A stretch of DNA of 64,000 nucleotides. Source: an uncultured virus (IMG/VR IMGVR_UViG_3300048018_000259) (taxonomy: Duplodnaviria > Heunggongvirae > Uroviricota > Caudoviricetes > Crassvirales). The translations under genes and the position numbers were made by a program. Position 1 is the stretch's first letter, and every line of letters begins with the position of its first letter. The notes under the pieces were generated by a model. It was not told where the DNA came from, did not search any database, and saw only the letters and a list, made by a program, of their open reading frames with translations. Positions 59,058-64,000 of the stretch are shown in pieces. The stretch lies in IMG/VR virus record IMGVR_UViG_3300048018_000259, one strand, 5' to 3'.

Positions 59058-59086
59058 TGGCTGAGGTTTGTACAGTCCTCTCTGTT

Positions 59087-59407
59087 TTACATATAATCTT
59101 TTTTAGACTTTGAATCGTCTCCTTTTTTACCGCCATACATTTTAGCTGGAGATTCAGGAGCAGCTTCAATAGCTTTTTTTAGTCCTTCTGGTAAATTCTT
59201 TTGCCCTCCTACTAATTCTTTCTCCATTGGAGATTCCATTTTAGGTGCCATACCATGTGCTTTACCCATAGATAGGGGACTTACATGTTTTGACATCCAT
59301 GATCCCCCGCTTGCAACTTTTGCTACCGGGTTGTCTTTAAGTAAATCTTTTTTTTCTTGTGCTGCGTAACCTTTATTTTGGTTTTTCAGCGGTGCTCCGT
59401 ATCCCAT
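59087..59407 (-). CDS. Small protein with repeated SP motifs (106 aa)
   Basis: VSPLSM, ESPMEK, ESPAKM. Confidence 0.65.
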   Translation of the reverse strand: MGYGAPLKNQNKGYAAQEKKDLLKDNPVAKVASGGSWMSKHVSPLSMGKAHGMAPKMESPMEKELVGGQKNLPEGLKKAIEAAPESPAKMYGGKKGDDSKSKKDYM

Positions 59408-59434
59408 TGTTTTTTTATTTATTTGGTTTAATAT

Positions 59435-59794
59435 TTATCCTTCGTTATAATCGTAGTAATAAGAATTTTTATTACTCAAATCGTTGTAATATCCTGGCTT
59501 TGGCTTAAGCTTACCTTCTTTTTGGCTTTTGCTATGAGAATGCGCAATCACGTGTTTTGCAGGGGAGTCATGCTTTTTTTCATCATATTTCAAATCTCCA
59601 GCTAATTTTGAAATGTGCTTTTCATCAGCTGTCATGTTTTCATCGCTATGTCCATGCTTGTCATCATATTTAATATCTTGCTTAAGATAATCCATATGTG
59701 CTTCGTCATCTCGTTTTGTAGCTCCCATATTGGAATCTGTAACTTTTGACCATTTTGCGTTTCCGCTGTATTCTCCGTAATGTCCTTTATGCAT
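59435..59794 (-). CDS. His/Asp/Lys-rich small protein (119 aa)
   Basis: Internal repeat DE.H...L..D.KYD.K. Confidence 0.65.
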   Translation of the reverse strand: MHKGHYGEYSGNAKWSKVTDSNMGATKRDDEAHMDYLKQDIKYDDKHGHSDENMTADEKHISKLAGDLKYDEKKHDSPAKHVIAHSHSKSQKEGKLKPKPGYYNDLSNKNSYYYDYNEG

Positions 59795-59805
59795 AATTAA
59801 TTTTT

Positions 59806-60252
59806 TTAACCTAAATCAGGTAGTTCTACGTCAAATCTAGTTGTATAAGGTGATTCGTATCCTTTTCCCATATAATATGGATTTGTTTTGTTTGATTTTT
59901 TATAGTCTGAAAGAGAAGTCATTTGCCCCTCAAAAGGTTTTTTACCTGTAACATTTTCAAACGAGCCCGTATTATCTGAGTCTTTATCGTCATTACTCTG
60001 TTCAGCACATTTTGCTTTCAATACTTTATAAGCTCCTTCTTTTATTGTTCCTTCTGATAATTTTTGTTCTAAATTACTACAAGAATTAGTTTTTGGTGCG
60101 TAAGCCTTAGCTACATTAGCAGCTATACCATCTTGAAACTTTTGGTGTACATCATCGTAAGAAACTGTAACCATACCACCTGCGCCTGAGCTATATGCTC
60201 CTTGCAGAGGTGATTTTTTAAAAAACGGCGATGAAAATTTAGAGCTGCTCAT
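59806..60252 (-). CDS. Hypothetical protein (148 aa)
   Basis: ORF track; operon packing. Confidence 0.6.
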   Translation of the reverse strand: MSSSKFSSPFFKKSPLQGAYSSGAGGMVTVSYDDVHQKFQDGIAANVAKAYAPKTNSCSNLEQKLSEGTIKEGAYKVLKAKCAEQSNDDKDSDNTGSFENVTGKKPFEGQMTSLSDYKKSNKTNPYYMGKGYESPYTTRFDVELPDLG

Positions 60253-60455
60253 TATTTATAAGCTTTAGCCAGCTGAGTAATGGGTCCAGCTTTATATTCA
60301 CAAGGGTACTTAGATACTTGCATACCTGTTATACCAGAGCTTGATCCTACACCCATTGGAAATCCTTTTTTACTTAACGGTCCGTCCCATACAGCGTTTT
60401 CCCCAACTTGCCCGTCAAGTTTAGGATTGTTTATTATTGCTTTATCTTTATCCAT
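60252..60455 (-). CDS. Hypothetical protein (67 aa)
   Basis: ORF track; operon packing. Confidence 0.6.
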   Translation of the reverse strand: MDKDKAIINNPKLDGQVGENAVWDGPLSKKGFPMGVGSSSGITGMQVSKYPCEYKAGPITQLAKAYK

Positions 60456-60457
60456 AA

Positions 60458-60646
60458 TTATTTATTTTGTGGCATTATATTATTAAAAGATTGAGTAGGT
60501 TGAGGCTGACCAAACATATTTGGCATTTGAGATTGCATACCACCTAATGCTGTTGGATTAATCAAACTTTGTGGCATTTGATTAGGCTGAACAGGCATCC
60601 CGGTTATTGGATCTATTGCTTGCATCATTTTATTTGGTGTTTCCAT
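60458..60646 (-). CDS. Low-complexity Met/Gln/Pro protein (62 aa)
   Basis: ORF track; operon packing. Confidence 0.55.
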   Translation of the reverse strand: METPNKMMQAIDPITGMPVQPNQMPQSLINPTALGGMQSQMPNMFGQPQPTQSFNNIMPQNK

Positions 60647-60647
60647 A

Positions 60648-61094
60648 TTATCTTTCTTTATCTTTGTTTACATTTTTAATTGAAGTAATAAGAACTTTAT
60701 CTGTATATGTTCTACCCTTCATAATACTGTTTCTGTGGGTGCTTACAGGCAAATCATCTTCTCCTAGTATAATTCTATACATATACTTTATAAGATGTTT
60801 GCATTTAAACGATGTCTTGTATATGTGATACTTCTGCGTTGTTCTATTACGCTTTCTCCACACCACAATCCAACCTTCCTTAAGCAATCGATTCCACCGG
60901 CGGTTATCCCAGCTATAGGAATAGCTACCGGCTTCGAAATCTTTTTTTGTAAACATATCCATACAATCTAAATAGATAAGTAATTCTATGTCCGCATCAT
61001 TTAAGTTATTGTTTCTGCAAGCCCACTTACGTATTATACGCCAGTGTTTAAACAGATTCATTTCCTTAAGATCATCTGCGTTTAGCCTTCTCAT
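60648..61094 (-). CDS. Basic protein, possible winged-HTH (148 aa)
   Basis: LNDADIELLIYL...RLLKEGWIV pattern. Confidence 0.5.
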   Translation of the reverse strand: MRRLNADDLKEMNLFKHWRIIRKWACRNNNLNDADIELLIYLDCMDMFTKKDFEAGSYSYSWDNRRWNRLLKEGWIVVWRKRNRTTQKYHIYKTSFKCKHLIKYMYRIILGEDDLPVSTHRNSIMKGRTYTDKVLITSIKNVNKDKER

Positions 61095-61354
61095 AAAACA
61101 ACAACTACATCCTGCGCTTTAATTACGTGATATGTTTGTTTATTTATTTCTATTTTATGCCCCGCGTGCCGATCAAAAAAGATTTTGTCTTTTTCTTTTA
61201 ACCCTTCTACTTGTTCGCCTAGTGATAATACTGTGGCTTGTGTATAACGAATGTCGTCACGTTGGTTTTCTGCAAGAAGTAAACCACCTTTTGTTTTAGT
61301 TGTTCCTTCTTTTAACTTTTCTATTATTATATTTCTACCTATCGCTTTCATCAA
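61091..61354 (-). CDS. groES: Co-chaperonin GroES
   Basis: Mobile loop KTKGGLLL; adjacent to groEL. Confidence 0.85.
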   Translation of the reverse strand: MMKAIGRNIIIEKLKEGTTKTKGGLLLAENQRDDIRYTQATVLSLGEQVEGLKEKDKIFFDRHAGHKIEINKQTYHVIKAQDVVVVL

Positions 61355-62888
61355 TTCTTAAATTATTGATTACACAATCAGTTGATAATATCGTTGTTGC
61401 TACTGAAGCTGCGTTCTGAAGAGCGCTTTTGGTGACTAACAAAGGATCTATAATACCTGTTTTAATCATATTTACCATTTTTCCTGTAACCACATTTAAT
61501 CCTCGTCCTTTAGCTTTTGGTAATTCCGCTTCCGTTATACCGGCATTTTCTAATATAGTCTTAAAAGGTGCTTTAATGGCTTCTAGGAGCACTTCTTCAC
61601 CTTTTGTTTTACTTACTATACTTGTTGATGCATTTAATAAAGCAATTCCACCTCCAGGCACTATACCTTCTTTAATCGCAGCTTTTGTAGCACAAATAGC
61701 ATCTTCAACCCTATCTGTTTTTTCTTTTAATTCGATATCAGAATTAGCGCCTACTTTTACAATAGCTATTCTAGCCGCAAGCATTGCTAATCTTTTTTCT
61801 AATTTTATTACTTTATGAGCCGGATTGTCTTTCGACAACTCTTCTTTTAATTCAGCTATAATGTTTAAAACTTCTTCTGTAGGTTCGTTAAACTGCAATA
61901 TAGTTTCTTGATGCGTTGTAACGCTTTTTAAACAAAAGCCTAAATGCTCAACTTGAATCAAATCTAAATCATCGCCTAAGTCTTCATTTATAATTGTAGC
62001 TCCTGTTAACAAAGCTAAATCATCAAGCATTTCTTTTTTGCTTATACCATAAGTAGGAGCATTAATAACATTTACTTTAATGTTTCCTTTCTTTTTATTC
62101 ATAGCTAAAGCAGATAAAACACCTTGTTCTAAGTCGCCGATAATCAGCAAAGGTTTGTTGTTTTTTATTACATACTCTAGCACTGTTTGAATTTGCCTAA
62201 TTGTATCAACTGGTGATTCAACTAGCAATACTAATGCGTTTTCTAATTCAGCTGATTTGCTTTGAGCGTTTGTTATAAAGTGTGAATTAGTAAGACCTTT
62301 GTCATACTGAACACCATCTACAACTTCAACTTCTGTTTTGCCATCAGCTGCTGTTTCCAGCATTACAATCCCCGTGTTATCTACGGATCTAAAAGCGTCA
62401 GCTATAATGCTTCCTAGCTTTGGATCGTTATTGGTTGATATGGTTGCTATTTGATCAATCATATCGCCTTCAACCGGTACTGATACAGATTCTAAGTATT
62501 TGATTACTTTTTCAACTGCATTGTTAATACCTTCTTTTAACTCTCTCGAGTTTGTTTTGTCCGCTACTTTATAAGCTTCGGTTAATATTGAGTGAGCTAA
62601 GACAGTTGCGGTAGTTGTACCATCACCGGCTTCTCTCACCGTTTTTCTTGCTGCTTCTTTTAAAAGTGTTGCACCCATATTTTCAACTGGGTCTCGCAAG
62701 ATAATCGAGTCTGCTACTGTTACACCGTCTTTTGTTATTACTGGATTACCGGTGTGATCTTCCAGCATTACACATTTGCCGCTAGCCCCTAAAGTGGAGC
62801 TAACAGCTTTTGTGAGTTTTTCTATTCCTTTAAATACATTAACTCTGGCTTCGTTGCCGAAGTTAAGATTTTTGACAATTGCGTCCAT
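61335..62888 (-). CDS. groEL: Chaperonin GroEL (517 aa)
   Basis: ITKDGVTVA, AGDGTTTATVLA, GIVPGGG, GIIDP; no GGM tail. Confidence 0.96.
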   Translation of the reverse strand: MDAIVKNLNFGNEARVNVFKGIEKLTKAVSSTLGASGKCVMLEDHTGNPVITKDGVTVADSIILRDPVENMGATLLKEAARKTVREAGDGTTTATVLAHSILTEAYKVADKTNSRELKEGINNAVEKVIKYLESVSVPVEGDMIDQIATISTNNDPKLGSIIADAFRSVDNTGIVMLETAADGKTEVEVVDGVQYDKGLTNSHFITNAQSKSAELENALVLLVESPVDTIRQIQTVLEYVIKNNKPLLIIGDLEQGVLSALAMNKKKGNIKVNVINAPTYGISKKEMLDDLALLTGATIINEDLGDDLDLIQVEHLGFCLKSVTTHQETILQFNEPTEEVLNIIAELKEELSKDNPAHKVIKLEKRLAMLAARIAIVKVGANSDIELKEKTDRVEDAICATKAAIKEGIVPGGGIALLNASTSIVSKTKGEEVLLEAIKAPFKTILENAGITEAELPKAKGRGLNVVTGKMVNMIKTGIIDPLLVTKSALQNAASVATTILSTDCVINNLRIDESDR

Positions 62889-62918
62889 ATTTGATTTGAT
62901 TTAATTAAAGTGGTTTGG

Positions 62919-63236
62919 TTATTTAAAGGTTTTTACTACTTTAGGTCCGTTTAAAAATTCAACTTTCTTTTGGTAGTGTTCCACGGAACTATCTATTGCC
63001 ATTTCAGCACCTTCAATAGTTTCGCGTCTGGTTACATCAATCCAGTTTTCGCAGCACGTATCCTTTTCAGGATTACATTCGCATTTTGGATCTTTGTATT
63101 CGGTTTGGTAAAAACCGTTTACTAATTGTACAATACGCCAATTCTTTTTTTCGGCTACGTGCTTCCAAAGATTTATGGTTTCTTGCGTTACTTGTGGTTG
63201 ACTAGTCCACGAATTAGTCTGGTAAAATAGTGTCAT
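62919..63236 (-). CDS. Hypothetical protein (105 aa)
   Basis: ORF track; first gene after a class 2 motif. Confidence 0.65.
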   Translation of the reverse strand: MTLFYQTNSWTSQPQVTQETINLWKHVAEKKNWRIVQLVNGFYQTEYKDPKCECNPEKDTCCENWIDVTRRETIEGAEMAIDSSVEHYQKKVEFLNGPKVVKTFK

Positions 63237-63285
63237 TGGTTTTGGTTTAAGTTTGACATTGGTTATATGCTTGATAGCATATTGC

Positions 63286-63314
63286 TATTATTACCTGTTT
63301 TACTCAATATTTAC
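63286..63314 (-). promoter_or_regulatory. Putative late promoter (class 2 motif)
   Basis: GTAAAT-N14-GTAATAATA. Confidence 0.6.
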
Positions 63315-63695
63315 CTATTCTTCTTCGTCCTCTACTACTGGCGGTACCGGCGGTACTGGATTTTGCCATGTAAAATACAAATCTTCATTTACTGGTGTAA
63401 TTTCAGATTGAATAGCTGCAGCTATGCTAGCTTGCATTGCAGGTACGTCTAACGATCCTTCTAACCATCCGATAACTACATTTTCAAAAGCTTCTGTGTC
63501 TTCGTAAGGTACAAAAGGATCTCCTGCTACATACGTGTAACTTTGTGTTCCAATGTTTGTTGATGAATAAGTTTCGCCTCCTGATTCTTCAGAACCTGTG
63601 TATCTGTAATGTACCGTGTAGATCACATTGTCTTCACCTTCTGCTTGAATGTGAGCGTTCATTTGCGGGATATCCCATTTGTAAATAATTGCCAT
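63315..63695 (-). CDS. Tail-fibre-associated acidic protein (126 aa)
   Basis: W.I..M...VIYTVHY...FVPYED...VIGWL family that typically follows fibre genes. Confidence 0.65.
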   Translation of the reverse strand: MAIIYKWDIPQMNAHIQAEGEDNVIYTVHYRYTGSEESGGETYSSTNIGTQSYTYVAGDPFVPYEDTEAFENVVIGWLEGSLDVPAMQASIAAAIQSEITPVNEDLYFTWQNPVPPVPPVVEDEEE

Positions 63696-63699
63696 AATT

Positions 63700-64000
63700 T
63701 TAGTTTTCTAATTTAGTTATTCTTGTTTTTAAATCTTCTATTATTTCTTGCTGTTCTTTTATTGCGTTTATTAATACAGCTGTTAACTCTGAGTAGGCTA
63801 CAGATTTAAGTCCGTCTTCTGGTGACTCTATTATAAGCTCTGGTAAGACAGCTTCAACGTCTTGAGCTATAACACCTACTTTTGTAGCTTCTGTGTTAAA
63901 ATCAGTTCTATTATAGTAAACACCTTTCATTGCTTGAACCTTACTAATACAATCACTTATTTCAACAACGTTTTCCTTAACTCTTGCATCGGAGTTTTGT
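63700..64000 (-). CDS. C-terminus of a tail fibre: intramolecular chaperone (peptidase S74) domain, 5'-truncated
   Basis: Frame extends to the window edge: NSDARVKENV...GVIAQDVE...SVAYSEL...AIKEQQ. Confidence 0.88.
   Translation of the reverse strand, partial: QNSDARVKENVVEISDCISKVQAMKGVYYNRTDFNTEATKVGVIAQDVEAVLPELIIESPEDGLKSVAYSELTAVLINAIKEQQEIIEDLKTRITKLEN

Noticed and set aside
59055..59086. preQ1-like riboswitch
   Set aside because: Only the GAGG/CCTC stem resembles it; the conserved loop and 3' tail do not fit and the downstream gene is unrelated
63700..64000. Window closes as a perfect circle joining base 64000 to base 1
   Set aside because: Codon phases do not join (base 1 ends a full codon, base 64000 is a third position), so some sequence is missing
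1..64000. Stop-codon reassignment as in some crAss-like phages
   Set aside because: Genes are full length and tightly packed in the standard code, and no suppressor tRNA was seen

Overview
The window is most of an AT-rich tailed dsDNA phage genome, probably a podovirus of marine Bacteroidota/Flavobacteriia. The host call is an inference from SD-less A-rich start contexts and gene content. It has three blocks. (i) A + strand early block (10.7-17.0 kb) holds small ORFs, an initiator tRNA, two truncated tRNA-like RNAs, an ATP-dependent ligase and a sigma factor. (ii) A + strand replication/nucleotide block (17.1-26.4 kb) holds ERF, exonuclease, SSB, primase-helicase, ThyA, MazG, endonuclease, NrdB and NrdA; I recognised no DNA polymerase. 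(iii) A - strand late block (26.4-64 kb and 1-10.4 kb) holds GroEL/GroES, terminase, portal, scaffold, capsid, tail proteins, ejection proteins, amidase, holins and tail fibres. The main candidate novel system is the 2839-aa putative ejection protein. It sits where crAss-like phages carry a virion RNA polymerase, but it shows no DxDxD RNAP motif. Instead it has a zincin HExxH motif, a sigma70 region-2-like segment with an HTH, and a HAD phosphatase domain. Six identically spaced copies of a non-host promoter-like motif precede the early units, and a different seven-copy motif precedes the replication and late units. Together these suggest a two-step cascade from a virion-delivered sigma to a phage-encoded sigma. 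A 78-nt tmRNA-like RNA lacking any mRNA domain is also present. All domain calls are motif recognition by eye, not database results.
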